Positions 22,472 through 32,822 of a stretch of DNA of 64,000 bases are shown piece after piece. The translations under genes were made by a program, and so were the position numbers. Every line of letters begins with the position of its first letter. The stretch's first letter is position 1. A model generated the notes under the pieces. It saw only the letters and a program-made list of their open reading frames with translations, did not search any database and was not told the DNA's origin. This stretch comes from Escherichia phage AV109, in the sequence record OR352939.1. One strand, 5' to 3'.

Positions 22472-24240
22472 AACCTGAAGAAATGAAATCCATGCGTAGA
22501 AATAAGGTCATTGCCGATAATAAACCACAAAAAGTAGCTGCAACAGCAGCTACCGATTCATTAGAAGCATTGAATGATATTTCATCAAAACTAGACGATG
22601 TCCAAGCTGCGTCTGAACTCACATCACAAAGTGTAGAAGATAAAGGCAATGGAATTATTGAATCAATTGGAGACTTAAAGAATTCGACAGATAATACTGC
22701 TGAAGGCACAGAGCTTATCGCAGAAGTTATTGAAAAACAAACTGAAGTCACTAAAAGTATAAACGAAGTTTCTAGTGCAATAAGCTCTAAGTTAGACCGA
22801 TTAGCTACATTATTAGAGCAAAAATTACAAACATCTACCGCTATTCAAAATACAGGAGGCACCTCTCTTGAAGTAATTGAGAACGCGATACCTGTTAAAG
22901 TGGTTGAGAATGAAACTTCTGATGAGTTGTTTAAAGCATTCCCTACACCTGAAAAGATTGATAATAAGCCAGACGAAGATTTCTTCCCAGCACCGGTTCA
23001 AGAAAGTGCTAATTCTACTTCCGATTCTAAAGGCGGAATTAGCTTTAAATTGAGCGATAAAATTGCAATGCTCACCAAAACAGTTCAAGCCGGGTTTAAT
23101 AAATCAATATCAATTTCAGACAGAATTGCTGGAATGCTTTTCAAATACACTATAACGGCTGCTATTGAAGCAGCAAAAATGGCCGCACTTATTCTTGGTA
23201 TTGTTATCGGTATTGATTTATTGATAGTCCATTTCAAATATTGGACAGACAAGTTCACTTCTGCCTGGGATTTATTTGATGAAAACTTTACTAAATTCTC
23301 CGATGAAGCTAAAGAGTGGGGTAAATTCTTAAGTGATATATTCACTTCTATTGACTCTATAAAACAATTGTGGGAAGCTGGAGACTGGGGTGGTTTAACC
23401 GTTGCTATTGTCAAAGGTGTAGGAACAGCATTAATGAACTTAGGTGAACTAATTCAATTAGGAATGGCTAAACTCTCTGCGTCTATATTGCGTGCTATAG
23501 GTTTTGGCGATACCGCGGACGAAATAGAAGGACGTGCTTTGGAAGGATTCCAAGAAACTACTGGGAACAAATTAAAGAAAGAAGACCAAGAGAAAGTCGC
23601 TAAATATCAAATGAAACGTGACGATGGGGAATTAGGAACCGTTTCTAAAGGTCTTGATATGTTACAACGCGGCAAAACATTCGTTACTAACTGGGTTCGT
23701 GGTAATGACAATAAAGAAGAGTTTAGTACAAGCGATGAGCGTGCTGCGGAATCAGCAAAATTAAAAGAGTTACCTGAAGAGGAACGTAAAGAGGCATACA
23801 TAAAAGCGAATGAAACTCGTGCGGCACTGGTTAGATTTGAGGATTATATCGATAAAATCGATATGACTAATCCGGAAAATGCTAAAAACGTCGAGAAGTC
23901 TTATGCTGATTTAAGTAAACTTATTAAAGACCCTGAACTTAATAAAACTCCTGTTGTTAAAAAGGAATTAGATGCTAGATTTGAAAAGCTAAATAATAAA
24001 ATGGCTGAAGCCAAAAAGGCTCAGACAACAGTTAAGCCTGAATCTTCGTCTAAATCTCCGGAAGCAAAACAAGTTCAGTCAATAGAGAAAGGACGTGCTT
24101 CTGAATCTAAACAACAGCAACCGGTAGCGGCGATTAGTAACACAAATAATGTCGTCAAAAAGAATACCGTAGTCCAGAATATGACCCCTGTAACAAGTAC
24201 AACGGCTCCTGGAATTTTCCATGCCACCGGTGTTAATTAA
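22468..24240 (+). CDS. 29: tail tape measure / baseplate hub protein (T4 gp29-like)
   Basis: 590 aa, same length as T4 gp29. Confidence 0.92.
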   Translation: MKPEEMKSMRRNKVIADNKPQKVAATAATDSLEALNDISSKLDDVQAASELTSQSVEDKGNGIIESIGDLKNSTDNTAEGTELIAEVIEKQTEVTKSINEVSSAISSKLDRLATLLEQKLQTSTAIQNTGGTSLEVIENAIPVKVVENETSDELFKAFPTPEKIDNKPDEDFFPAPVQESANSTSDSKGGISFKLSDKIAMLTKTVQAGFNKSISISDRIAGMLFKYTITAAIEAAKMAALILGIVIGIDLLIVHFKYWTDKFTSAWDLFDENFTKFSDEAKEWGKFLSDIFTSIDSIKQLWEAGDWGGLTVAIVKGVGTALMNLGELIQLGMAKLSASILRAIGFGDTADEIEGRALEGFQETTGNKLKKEDQEKVAKYQMKRDDGELGTVSKGLDMLQRGKTFVTNWVRGNDNKEEFSTSDERAAESAKLKELPEEERKEAYIKANETRAALVRFEDYIDKIDMTNPENAKNVEKSYADLSKLIKDPELNKTPVVKKELDARFEKLNNKMAEAKKAQTTVKPESSSKSPEAKQVQSIEKGRASESKQQQPVAAISNTNNVVKKNTVVQNMTPVTSTTAPGIFHATGVN

Positions 24241-24248
24241 GGATTATT

Positions 24249-25358
24249 ATGATTAGTGTAAAAGAAATAGTAGTAGATGCAAAGGATTTAAATAAAGCAA
24301 TCCCAGTCTCAGAAAGTGCCGGGCAAAGCACTAAAACCGAAACAACTACTAAAACTTATGTTGCTCAATTTCCTACAGGAAGAGCAGCCGGAAATGACTC
24401 CACAGGAGACTTCCAGGTAACAGACCTTTATAAGAATGGATTATTATTTACCGCGTACAATATGTCTGCACGCGATTCAGGATCCCTCAGGAATTTACGT
24501 CCGGCGTATGCCGGGACTTCATCTAATGGTATCATATCAGATTTAACTGATAATGTGAAAGATGCAGTGACTAAATTCTCAAATGGATTGCTTCCTGCCG
24601 GAGCTAATAAGTCTACTATAAACAAAACTCCTGTTGCTAATATACTTTTGCCACGTTCCAAATCTGATGTTGATACAACTTCACACCGTTTTAATGATAT
24701 CGGTGATAGCCTTATTACTAAAGGTGGAGGTACTGCTACAGGTGTTTTAAGTAACATTGCTTCTACTGCAGTTTTTGGTGCATTAGATTCTATTACTCAA
24801 GGGCTTATGGCTGATAATAACGAACAGATTTATACGACTTCTCGTAGTATGTACGGCGGTGCTGAGAACCGTACTAAAGTCTTTACATGGGATTTAACTC
24901 CGCGTTCAACTGAAGACCTTATGGCTATTATAAACATTTACCAGTATTTTAACTATTTCTCATATGGTGAGACTGGTAAATCGCAGTACGCCCAAGAGAT
25001 TAAAAGTTATTTAGACGAATGGTACCGTTCAACGTTTATTGAGCCTATGACACCAGACGATGCAGTAAAAAATAAGACATTGTTTGAAAAGATTACTGCG
25101 TCATTAACAAATGTATTAGTTGTAAGCAACCCTACAATTTGGATGGTTAAAAACTTTGGTTATACATCTAAATTTGACGGGTTAACTGATGTATTTGGTC
25201 CATGCCAAATTCAAAGTGTACGTTTTGATAAAACTCCAAATGGACAATTTAATGGTCTTGCTGTTGCTCCTAACTTACCATCAACATTTACGTTAGAGAT
25301 AACAATGCGAGAAATTATTACATTAAACCGTTCTTCACTTTATGCGGGGACTTTCTAA
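24249..25358 (+). CDS. 48: baseplate tail-tube junction protein (T4 gp48-like)
   Basis: 369 aa, gene order 29-48-54. Confidence 0.92.
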   Translation: MISVKEIVVDAKDLNKAIPVSESAGQSTKTETTTKTYVAQFPTGRAAGNDSTGDFQVTDLYKNGLLFTAYNMSARDSGSLRNLRPAYAGTSSNGIISDLTDNVKDAVTKFSNGLLPAGANKSTINKTPVANILLPRSKSDVDTTSHRFNDIGDSLITKGGGTATGVLSNIASTAVFGALDSITQGLMADNNEQIYTTSRSMYGGAENRTKVFTWDLTPRSTEDLMAIINIYQYFNYFSYGETGKSQYAQEIKSYLDEWYRSTFIEPMTPDDAVKNKTLFEKITASLTNVLVVSNPTIWMVKNFGYTSKFDGLTDVFGPCQIQSVRFDKTPNGQFNGLAVAPNLPSTFTLEITMREIITLNRSSLYAGTF

Positions 25359-26320
25359 TGTACTCTTTAGAAGAATTTAATAACCAAGCTATAAATGCAG
25401 ATTTCCAACGAAACAATATGTTTAGTTGTGTATTTGCTACTACACCGTCGACTAAATCATCTTCACTAATTTCGTCAATTGGTAGTTTTGCTTATAATAA
25501 CTTAGGGTTGGATTCCGATTGGCTAGGATTGACTCAAGGTGATATCAATCAGGGCGTAACAACCCTGATTACAGCAGGAACACAGAAATTAATTCGAAAA
25601 TCAGGTATAAGTAAATATCTGATTGGAGCAATGAGTCAACGTACGGTACAAAGCTTGTTAGGTGAGTTCACAGTAGGAGCTTATCTGATAGACTTCTTCA
25701 ATATGGCATATAATAATACAGGTTTAATGATTTATTCTGTAAAAATGCCTGAGAACCGATTATCTTATGAAACGGATTTCAACTATAACTCACCGAACAT
25801 CCGAATTACCGGCCGTGAAATGGACCCGTTAGTAATAAGCTTTAGAATGGATTCTGAAGCATCTAACTTTAGAGCAATGCAAGACTGGGTAAACTCAGTC
25901 CAAGACCCTGTAACAGGTCTTCGCGCTTTACCACAAGACGTCGAAGCAGATATTCAGGTTAATTTACATGCACGAAATGGTTTACCACATACCGCCGTCA
26001 TGTTCACCGGATGTATTCCTGTTAGTGTCTCTTCTCCTGAGTTAACGTATGATGGTGATAACCAAATAACAGTTTTTGACGTAACATTTGCTTATCGCGT
26101 TATGCAATCAGGTGCTGTAAATAGACAGGCTGCTTTAGAATGGTTGGAATCAGGACTTATTAGTAGTGTTTCAGGAATGTTTGGAAATAATCAGAATGAT
26201 TCTGGTCTAGGAAGCGCAGTATCAAGACTTTCTAGATTAGGTGGGACTGCTGGCGGCGTGTCTAATATAAACACATTGACAGGTGTGGTGAATTCGACGT
26301 CAAGAGTTTTAGGACTATAA
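25358..26320 (+). CDS. 54: baseplate tail-tube initiator (T4 gp54-like)
   Basis: 320 aa, same length as T4 gp54. Confidence 0.92.
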   Translation: MYSLEEFNNQAINADFQRNNMFSCVFATTPSTKSSSLISSIGSFAYNNLGLDSDWLGLTQGDINQGVTTLITAGTQKLIRKSGISKYLIGAMSQRTVQSLLGEFTVGAYLIDFFNMAYNNTGLMIYSVKMPENRLSYETDFNYNSPNIRITGREMDPLVISFRMDSEASNFRAMQDWVNSVQDPVTGLRALPQDVEADIQVNLHARNGLPHTAVMFTGCIPVSVSSPELTYDGDNQITVFDVTFAYRVMQSGAVNRQAALEWLESGLISSVSGMFGNNQNDSGLGSAVSRLSRLGGTAGGVSNINTLTGVVNSTSRVLGL

Positions 26321-26324
26321 GAAA

Positions 26325-26347
26325 AAAGGGAGACAACGTCTCCCTTT
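26325..26347. terminator. bidirectional terminator between gene 54 and the convergent minus-strand gene
   Basis: 10-bp stem AAAGGGAGAC/GTCTCCCTTT with 3-nt loop; T/A tracts on both sides. Confidence 0.55.
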
Positions 26348-26353
26348 ATGGGT

Positions 26354-26647
26354 TTATTTACGGAATGAAAGGAATGCTGGTGCTCGGAATGGAGTATCAT
26401 CTTTAGAGTATTTAACTAATACGACCATTGGTACCTCTGTTTCTAAATGACCTGTCAATACACCGATAAAAATTTGATCAGTGTGCTCAGGGTCACGAAA
26501 GTTTTTAAGAGGTTCCATAGCAATATGGAATGCACCTGGGAATACTCGATTCAATTCGTCAATCACAGCTTCGTTAAAAACATCATCCGCTGGGATAACA
26601 TCTTCAACTACTAGTTCTTGACCATTAAAGCGAAGCATAGATTTCAT
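26354..26647 (-). CDS. hypothetical protein (alt.-x-like), 97 aa from the SD-preceded ATG
   Basis: ORF track 26354..26719 begins at a TTG inside the promoter; ATG at 26647 is preceded by GAGGAAAA. Confidence 0.55.
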   Translation of the reverse strand: MKSMLRFNGQELVVEDVIPADDVFNEAVIDELNRVFPGAFHIAMEPLKNFRDPEHTDQIFIGVLTGHLETEVPMVVLVKYSKDDTPFRAPAFLSFRK

Positions 26648-26676
26648 AACGTTTTCCTCATGTTGTTGATTGGATG

Positions 26677-26706
26677 ATAGTATCACACATCCATGTGCTT
26701 GTAAAC
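26677..26706 (-). promoter_or_regulatory. T4-type early promoter (-35 GTTTAC, extended -10 TGnTACTAT)
   Basis: repeat-family promoter overlapping the alt stop codon. Confidence 0.55.
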
Positions 26707-28793
26707 TATCCTTGAACAAATTTAAACGGAACCGATTCTAAATCCATTAAAGATGCTAACAGTTTCAATCCTTTAGGAGCACTAGTTTTTTCTACAAATG
26801 AGGAGAACGATACCGGCTCATCTGATTCGATTTCACCCATCATAGCAACCACCTCGCCTGTTTCCATGAGAACATCACCATCGTAAATGACAGCTTCGTC
26901 CAACTGGTCTGAGGACATGACTTCAGCTTGAATAAATTTAAGGTTGGATTCTAAACCTGCACCAGTGTCAGATGACGCATCTGTAATTTTATTTATCTGC
27001 AAGAGAATGCCTCTAGGCAAAATAATTTCTTGCTCATTAGGGTGATTACTCAACTGTCCTGGATAAATCACGTTAACTTTATGAGCGCCATCAATAGCCC
27101 ATCCAACGTTAACACGGATTTGTTCTGGTGCATGCATAACTGTTCTTACTTGACTAGGAGAAATAGTAACACCTTCGTCATTATTGTCAATGTTAAGCTC
27201 TTTGCGAACTTCTTCAGGAGCAAGTCCAAGGGCAACGTTCTCTTTAAACCCACCGAAAATAATAGGAGCTAGTGAAGTGGAAACATAGTTTCTGAAGTAG
27301 AATACTTTATTTTTAACCATTGCTTCGTAAATAGGCATTCTGATAGACTGAGCTCTATATAACGTTAGTCCTTCAGGTAAACGGTCTCCATTTAAAAACG
27401 CCGAATCAAGACCATCAATAGCGCGTTTAACTTCATCTTCATCTGCAACATCGTAAAAATCTGGTTTATAACGACCTAACAACATATTATTGATATCGGT
27501 ATACGCAGAAGAGGCATATTCGCGAATAGCTCGTTTTTCAGCAACAGAGTATTGTTTAGGGTCCCGATTCATTGTTATATTAAAGGTGCCTCTAGCCGAT
27601 TCTCGTGCATAAGTATACATCACATTAGACAAGAACGCTGATTTACGTTGTTTCCAAGTTTTTTCAGATACTTCAGCTAAAACGTCGTCTGCTAGTTGGA
27701 AATTATCTCGTCTAAAATCTTCAAACCATTCGTCTTTAATAGAGTCTGCAATTTCATTTGCAGCTTCAACAAAAGCAGCTAATGCTTTAACAGATGTTGT
27801 TTTTTCGGTTTTAATTTTCTTAGCAAACTTTTCTAAAGTTGGCTTAATAACACTACCATAAGAAACTTCATCAGCAAATCTAAAGGATTCATCAATACGA
27901 TTATAAATCTTATTTTCGATATCAGCAACTAAAGTGCCTTTTGCTGTGGACGATGCTTGGGCTAGTACGATTTCATATGCTTCAGGAAGTAATTCGGCTG
28001 TAGCTGGGCCACTAACTTCTTTAGCAGAATTTTCGTATTTCTGGAATAACTCACCTTCTTGTCGGTCAGCTTCTAAAGATTGACTTGCTGCAATAGCACG
28101 ACGAGAAATTTTAGTACGAGCAATAACAGGCTTATCTTTACGTTTTTCTTCTACAGCAGCAATAGAACCAGCGATAGCCGTTTCTTTGGTGACCGTTTCG
28201 CCGGTCTTTTTACTCACATAAACTTCGCCAACATCAGAATCTACTTTCGTGTACAACTCTGTGTTAATGTTAGGGATGCCTTTAATATCTTCAATGTTGG
28301 CATTTTTACGAACCATCATCACATAGGTGTGTTTACCTGTGAATTGATACATTGCCGACAATACTTTAAAACGACCAGCGGTTTTAGTAGAAACTAAACG
28401 AGCAAGAAGAGTTTGAAGCTGCTGTCCGCGTCCTTTCAATTTCTTGGTAGGGAATCGGAATAGAACTGCATCCATACGAAGAGCTTTAACCTGTTCATAT
28501 ACTGTATTGAAAATGGTGTTGATTGCATCAATAGGAGCAGGACCAAGGCCATTTTTCAATTCAGCGAGATTACCCTTTTCAGACAGACTCATAATAACAA
28601 CATGAGCGTATTTGTCGCCAAGTTTAACTTGTTTTACAGCGTCGCCTTCGGAAAGGTAAGAGAATAAACGAACTACAATATTTGTATCGATATCACCAAT
28701 TTTCCAGACTTGTGGAACTTTAGCTTTAGGGTTCAAATTGACGACAGGAAGACTGCCTTCAGATTCAAACACTTCATTTAATTGTTCAGACAT
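26706..28793 (-). CDS. alt: ADP-ribosyltransferase Alt
   Basis: 695 aa; R..STS..QxE-type ART motifs in the C-terminal half (YVSTSLAP, EQEIILPRG); position next to gene 30 as in T4. Confidence 0.88.
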   Translation of the reverse strand: MSEQLNEVFESEGSLPVVNLNPKAKVPQVWKIGDIDTNIVVRLFSYLSEGDAVKQVKLGDKYAHVVIMSLSEKGNLAELKNGLGPAPIDAINTIFNTVYEQVKALRMDAVLFRFPTKKLKGRGQQLQTLLARLVSTKTAGRFKVLSAMYQFTGKHTYVMMVRKNANIEDIKGIPNINTELYTKVDSDVGEVYVSKKTGETVTKETAIAGSIAAVEEKRKDKPVIARTKISRRAIAASQSLEADRQEGELFQKYENSAKEVSGPATAELLPEAYEIVLAQASSTAKGTLVADIENKIYNRIDESFRFADEVSYGSVIKPTLEKFAKKIKTEKTTSVKALAAFVEAANEIADSIKDEWFEDFRRDNFQLADDVLAEVSEKTWKQRKSAFLSNVMYTYARESARGTFNITMNRDPKQYSVAEKRAIREYASSAYTDINNMLLGRYKPDFYDVADEDEVKRAIDGLDSAFLNGDRLPEGLTLYRAQSIRMPIYEAMVKNKVFYFRNYVSTSLAPIIFGGFKENVALGLAPEEVRKELNIDNNDEGVTISPSQVRTVMHAPEQIRVNVGWAIDGAHKVNVIYPGQLSNHPNEQEIILPRGILLQINKITDASSDTGAGLESNLKFIQAEVMSSDQLDEAVIYDGDVLMETGEVVAMMGEIESDEPVSFSSFVEKTSAPKGLKLLASLMDLESVPFKFVQG

Positions 28794-28832
28794 AGTGTTT
28801 TCCTTTTAGTAATAATTTATATTTATGCCAAA

Positions 28833-28850
28833 AAGAGCCCGAAGGCTCTT
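28833..28850 (-). terminator. stem-loop AAGAGCC-CGAA-GGCTCTT
   Basis: perfect 7-bp stem overlapping the stop of the small gene upstream of alt. Confidence 0.4.
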
Positions 28851-29037
28851 AATCTACAATCGGGAGCAAAGTACGATAAACTTCAAAATTAGGGCCTTTT
28901 TCGTACTTATCAAAATTGTCCATAAAAATATGATAGGAATCGTTATTAGGAAAATCTAATATAATCTGAGAGCAAGAGGTGGAAACATCTCCACCATCTT
29001 TATTAGCGACAATTACTGTTTCTAAATAAGCTTTCAT
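28849..29037 (-). CDS. hypothetical protein (62 aa from ATG; alt.1-like position)
   Basis: ORF track starts at a GTG; the ATG at 29037 overlaps the gene 30 stop as TAATG. Confidence 0.5.
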   Translation of the reverse strand: MKAYLETVIVANKDGGDVSTSCSQIILDFPNNDSYHIFMDNFDKYEKGPNFEVYRTLLPIVD

Positions 29038-30530
29038 TATAAACCTGTCTGGGACCACGGTCCAAATACGTCTTCAAACGAATCCGCTTCTGTTTTATCA
29101 AAACGGAACCCTTTAATAATTGGGAGGAAAATACCTACAGTGCCTTCACGTCCTTTAGAATGAACCCAACCATTGCATTCACAATCAGCAATACGTCCAA
29201 TCAATTTACCTTCACGAGCTTCGGACATTAATCGTTCACGGTCCAAATCATGTCGCTCATCTAAAGGAATAAGAACCTTTACACCATCAACTGTTTTATG
29301 AGTTGTATCTTTAAACCCTGAACCACAATCGGTTGTAATACGACGACAACGTGATACGAGTTCGACACCACCTAATTTGTTAGGGTCTTTAGAGTGTTCA
29401 TAGTATCCTACAACTTCTAAAGCGATATCAATAACTTCTTTAAATTTAATTAGGTTCTTAGAACGTTTGTTTTCCCAATATGAATCACGGTTTTTAAGGA
29501 TAATACCTTCAAGTCCTTGGTCAACATATTTTTTATAAACCACTTTAGCTTCGTCAAGATTACGAACTAACTGATTTTCAATTGGCTCAATTCGCTTAAA
29601 GCCTTCAGCCATATTTTCAAGAGCAGCAAAACGAACATCGTATTTCTGACCTTTAATTTTACCACCAGAATAGACTTCATCTAAAGGAACATAGTCCCAG
29701 GCTTGAAGAACCATACCTTCAGCTTCTTTAGGAGAAATAGTCCCTTGAAGAGATTTATTTGCTAAACCATTTGAAGTGCTACGGTCTGCAACCTGTACTT
29801 CTTCGGATTCTTCATTATCACCAAATAAGAACGACAGGTCATTTCCTGAGCTCACAGCCTTTTTAATATCAAATGAATGATAAACTAATTCACCGTCGAT
29901 TAAAACCCCATTAGGGTGTCTTTCACGAGCTTCTTTAGTCATTTCCATTAATTCATCTGCTAATAGGGTAAGACCATGATATTCGTTGCCGGCACGAGAA
30001 AAGAATTGAACACCATCATCGCGAACTTCAGCGAAACAACGAGCACCATCGGCTTTTAATTGAGCAAATGCAGGCCATTTAATATTTTTAGTAATCAATT
30101 TCTCATCATATGCAGATGCTAACATCTGTGGTTGCAATTGAATAAGTCCGGGCCACACCTTATTCGCGATAGACACTGAAGCACCTACTTCAAGGTCGCG
30201 CATCATTACACGACGAAGGACTTCTACATCATCAGGTTTACCGTCAGCGATATAACCCATGAGCTCTTTAATTGCAGCATTACCAGTGAGTTTACGAGTG
30301 GCTAATGTGAACTCAATAAAATCCAACATGTCATCTAATTCAAGAAGACCATATGCTTGAGACCTTTCACCTGGTCCTGGCCATTTCTTAATATAATACT
30401 GGATACCACGTGCATATGTTAAACGATACACACGTTCAAGTAATTTGTTGTCCTTATTTTTCTTAAGGATTTCCTGTTTTGTTTTAGTAGAACCGATCGC
30501 AGCTATTTGGTTTAAAATATCTAAAATCAT
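29037..30530 (-). CDS. 30: ATP-dependent DNA ligase (T4 gp30-like)
   Basis: 497 aa; adenylation motif KADGAR; position as T4 gene 30. Confidence 0.95.
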   Translation of the reverse strand: MILDILNQIAAIGSTKTKQEILKKNKDNKLLERVYRLTYARGIQYYIKKWPGPGERSQAYGLLELDDMLDFIEFTLATRKLTGNAAIKELMGYIADGKPDDVEVLRRVMMRDLEVGASVSIANKVWPGLIQLQPQMLASAYDEKLITKNIKWPAFAQLKADGARCFAEVRDDGVQFFSRAGNEYHGLTLLADELMEMTKEARERHPNGVLIDGELVYHSFDIKKAVSSGNDLSFLFGDNEESEEVQVADRSTSNGLANKSLQGTISPKEAEGMVLQAWDYVPLDEVYSGGKIKGQKYDVRFAALENMAEGFKRIEPIENQLVRNLDEAKVVYKKYVDQGLEGIILKNRDSYWENKRSKNLIKFKEVIDIALEVVGYYEHSKDPNKLGGVELVSRCRRITTDCGSGFKDTTHKTVDGVKVLIPLDERHDLDRERLMSEAREGKLIGRIADCECNGWVHSKGREGTVGIFLPIIKGFRFDKTEADSFEDVFGPWSQTGL

Positions 30531-30796
30531 TTGATGTCCTCGATTTTGGTTACGGTTCTATTATAAGCCACTTCATCTAGAAGCGATTTCAGCGTTTTCT
30601 GATAAGTTGTAATCCATTTACCGAGTCCTTCAACATAGTATTCTGAAATGTAGATGAACCCTTGTTCAACACACTCTTTAAATATTTCTGCGTCTTTTAC
30701 TGAACGAAACAATGGCCAGTCTCGAAAGAACATGTTAACGTGACCGTAGTCACGTGTGGTATTTTTGCCATCTGTAATATCATGAACTACAAACAT
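30527..30796 (-). CDS. hypothetical protein (30.1-like position)
   Basis: 89-aa ORF, ATGA overlap with gene 30. Confidence 0.55.
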   Translation of the reverse strand: MFVVHDITDGKNTTRDYGHVNMFFRDWPLFRSVKDAEIFKECVEQGFIYISEYYVEGLGKWITTYQKTLKSLLDEVAYNRTVTKIEDIK

Positions 30797-30798
30797 AA

Positions 30799-31635
30799 TT
30801 ATCCCTTAGTTGTGCCGTAACCTTGTGGAACTGCCCAATACGGAGGAACAGGATGTTCGCCTACATTAGTGTATCGCCAATGAGGCTGCATATCGGTTGG
30901 TCCTGGGGTTCGCCAGGTATACGGATTCGACGGAGCGCCAATTTGATTAGGCCATGCGCCTGGACTTGTTGCACCAGATTCTTTAAGCAAATCCGCCAAT
31001 CGTTTTAAAAGGTCTTCACGATCTGAATCTGAATTATTCTTAGGCAGAACCAAACGAGATTCAATATCATCCCACGTGTGTACACGTTGTGCAGTACGAG
31101 GAATGGCATCACGTTCACCACGAGCCAACCAATAAATCGGTACATTAAGAATTTCTGCCGCATGGTCACAATGATGAGCTAAATCGTCAACGTAACAAAT
31201 TACGTTATATTTTGTTTTAGCTAGTTCGAATAATTGTTCCTTTGAAGAATCATGACCACACATCATTACTTCAGAGAAAGCGCCTGGGAACAAAGCATTC
31301 AAATTAAATTGTCTATTCAATCGAGCATCAATTGAATCACCTAGCGCCGTCACGGCTACAAAATTATAGTCTTCTTTTAGTTTATTGATAACTCGAAGAG
31401 CATCAGAATAAGGCGCTAAGTAACGAATAAAATCAGAGCTATTATATTTTTCTATTAATTGTTTACCAAGGTTATCGTCGGTATTGAACAGTTTACCAGG
31501 AGAAATAAATTTTTCGTCCTGAATCATTTTTAAAATATGTTCTAATGGAAGATTATATTTTTGGGCAAAATAAGGAAGTCCAGATTGCCAGCTTAAACAT
31601 ACACCATCAATATCAGTCAAAATAGTAGGCTTCAT
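30799..31635 (-). CDS. HAD-superfamily 5'(3')-deoxyribonucleotidase-like protein with aromatic/Pro-rich C-terminal tail
   Basis: N-terminal ILTDIDGV (HAD motif I), later YVDD; last ~55 aa rich in P/W/Y/G. Confidence 0.6.
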   Translation of the reverse strand: MKPTILTDIDGVCLSWQSGLPYFAQKYNLPLEHILKMIQDEKFISPGKLFNTDDNLGKQLIEKYNSSDFIRYLAPYSDALRVINKLKEDYNFVAVTALGDSIDARLNRQFNLNALFPGAFSEVMMCGHDSSKEQLFELAKTKYNVICYVDDLAHHCDHAAEILNVPIYWLARGERDAIPRTAQRVHTWDDIESRLVLPKNNSDSDREDLLKRLADLLKESGATSPGAWPNQIGAPSNPYTWRTPGPTDMQPHWRYTNVGEHPVPPYWAVPQGYGTTKG

Positions 31636-32090
31636 AAAGAGTCTCTTAATAGGTTTAACACGTCAATAAATTCATCTTCAGTTAGTATTGTATCATCTTT
31701 TGTTAGGTGGCTGGCCATGCTGTGCTTCAAAATTTTTCCTTTAGAGGCTTGTAAGGCATCACGAAACCCCTTGTTTTGGATCGCGGCTTCAAAATATGCA
31801 TTTGTGTATAATTCTTTCCACGCTTCGGAGTATCTTGAAAATGGAACTCCTAACCAGAAGAGAGTCCCATGGTCCTGAGCTCTTGCATAAGACCTTCCAG
31901 CTTGCTGTGCAGCCAGTCCTGACAGCCCAAATATACGTTTTTGTTGTTCAACATTTCTCACCTTACATCCTTGGAGAAATCCTTCAAGACCTCCGAATTG
32001 AATATCGTCCATAACGAAAGGCCACCGGGCAAAATTACTTAATGCACATGACGGCCACTTAAAATTGCTTCTTATTTCTAATTCAGACAT
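31632..32090 (-). CDS. hypothetical protein (30.3-like position)
   Basis: ORF track start is a GTG at 32099; first ATG at 32090; start uncertain. Confidence 0.5.
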   Translation of the reverse strand: MSELEIRSNFKWPSCALSNFARWPFVMDDIQFGGLEGFLQGCKVRNVEQQKRIFGLSGLAAQQAGRSYARAQDHGTLFWLGVPFSRYSEAWKELYTNAYFEAAIQNKGFRDALQASKGKILKHSMASHLTKDDTILTEDEFIDVLNLLRDSL

Positions 32091-32301
32091 CTTTAACACT
32101 TATAATTTCAATATCAGCCCAATGACCGTATCCAGGTATACGGTCTTCGATAGATAAATTTCCGTCATTTTTAGGCATTTTAATTGACGTAACGTATGGT
32201 TCTAGACGGTTTTCTGCATAATACGGAAAAACGTCTGTTACACGATAAGTAACTTCGATCATTTCTGTACCCAACAATTTCTGAATTAATTTCTTTAACA
32301 T
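32083..32301 (-). CDS. hypothetical protein
   Basis: 72-aa ORF with SD-like GAGGATAAT before the ATG. Confidence 0.5.
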   Translation of the reverse strand: MLKKLIQKLLGTEMIEVTYRVTDVFPYYAENRLEPYVTSIKMPKNDGNLSIEDRIPGYGHWADIEIISVKDV

Positions 32302-32302
32302 A

Positions 32303-32497
32303 TTATCCTCGCTTTAAACATTTGATTACAGACAGTTCACCACCCATGCGAACGTCTTCAGTTCCATCGACCCATAGGACGGTGTAGGCTTCTTTAATAG
32401 TAGCATTACCTAATTTAAAAGCAGGTAAAACCTTTGAAATCATACCAGGAATACCTATACCTTTTAACTGGACAGTTTGTGATAAGAATAGTTGCAT
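32303..32497 (-). CDS. hypothetical protein
   Basis: 64-aa ORF, tightly packed in the early operon. Confidence 0.5.
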   Translation of the reverse strand: MQLFLSQTVQLKGIGIPGMISKVLPAFKLGNATIKEAYTVLWVDGTEDVRMGGELSVIKCLKRG

Positions 32498-32784
32498 TAG
32501 AACCTCATCTGAAATCCGTGTGATTTAACATTACCGCCATAAATGTCAGAGGTATTGACTTCACGTGCAGCGCTAGGGTCGATGTTAATATCATGGTTGA
32601 GCTTAGTGATTGCTAGGGTATCACGACCATTGACGGTACGGAATTCTACAGGGCATACCACATCTGCATAAGCCTTAATAGATTCACGAGTAGGCTGTTT
32701 GTCAGCAGGAACACCTTTACCGGCTTTAGAGAAAACAACTTCACAGAAATTTTTACGAGTATCGAAATAAGTGGTCATAAACAT
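32497..32784 (-). CDS. hypothetical protein
   Basis: 95-aa ORF, SD GAGGAAAA upstream. Confidence 0.5.
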   Translation of the reverse strand: MFMTTYFDTRKNFCEVVFSKAGKGVPADKQPTRESIKAYADVVCPVEFRTVNGRDTLAITKLNHDINIDPSAAREVNTSDIYGGNVKSHGFQMRF

Positions 32785-32822
32785 AATATTTTCCTCAAGG
32801 AGGCCGAAGCCTCCATTTAAGA

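Noticed and set aside
28730-28800. Apparent 1-nt frame discrepancies when I hand-translated near the alt start (~28740) and the cd start (~35280)
   Set aside because: The supplied ORF track shows both genes intact with lengths that are multiples of three; I attribute the discrepancy to my own base counting at line junctions, not to real frameshifts. It does mean hand-derived motif coordinates can be off by 1-2 nt.
31632-32099. Possible NADAR/YbiA-like domain in the 30.3-position protein (SNFARWPF motif)
   Set aside because: Only one short motif resembles the family and I cannot align the rest from memory; left as hypothetical.
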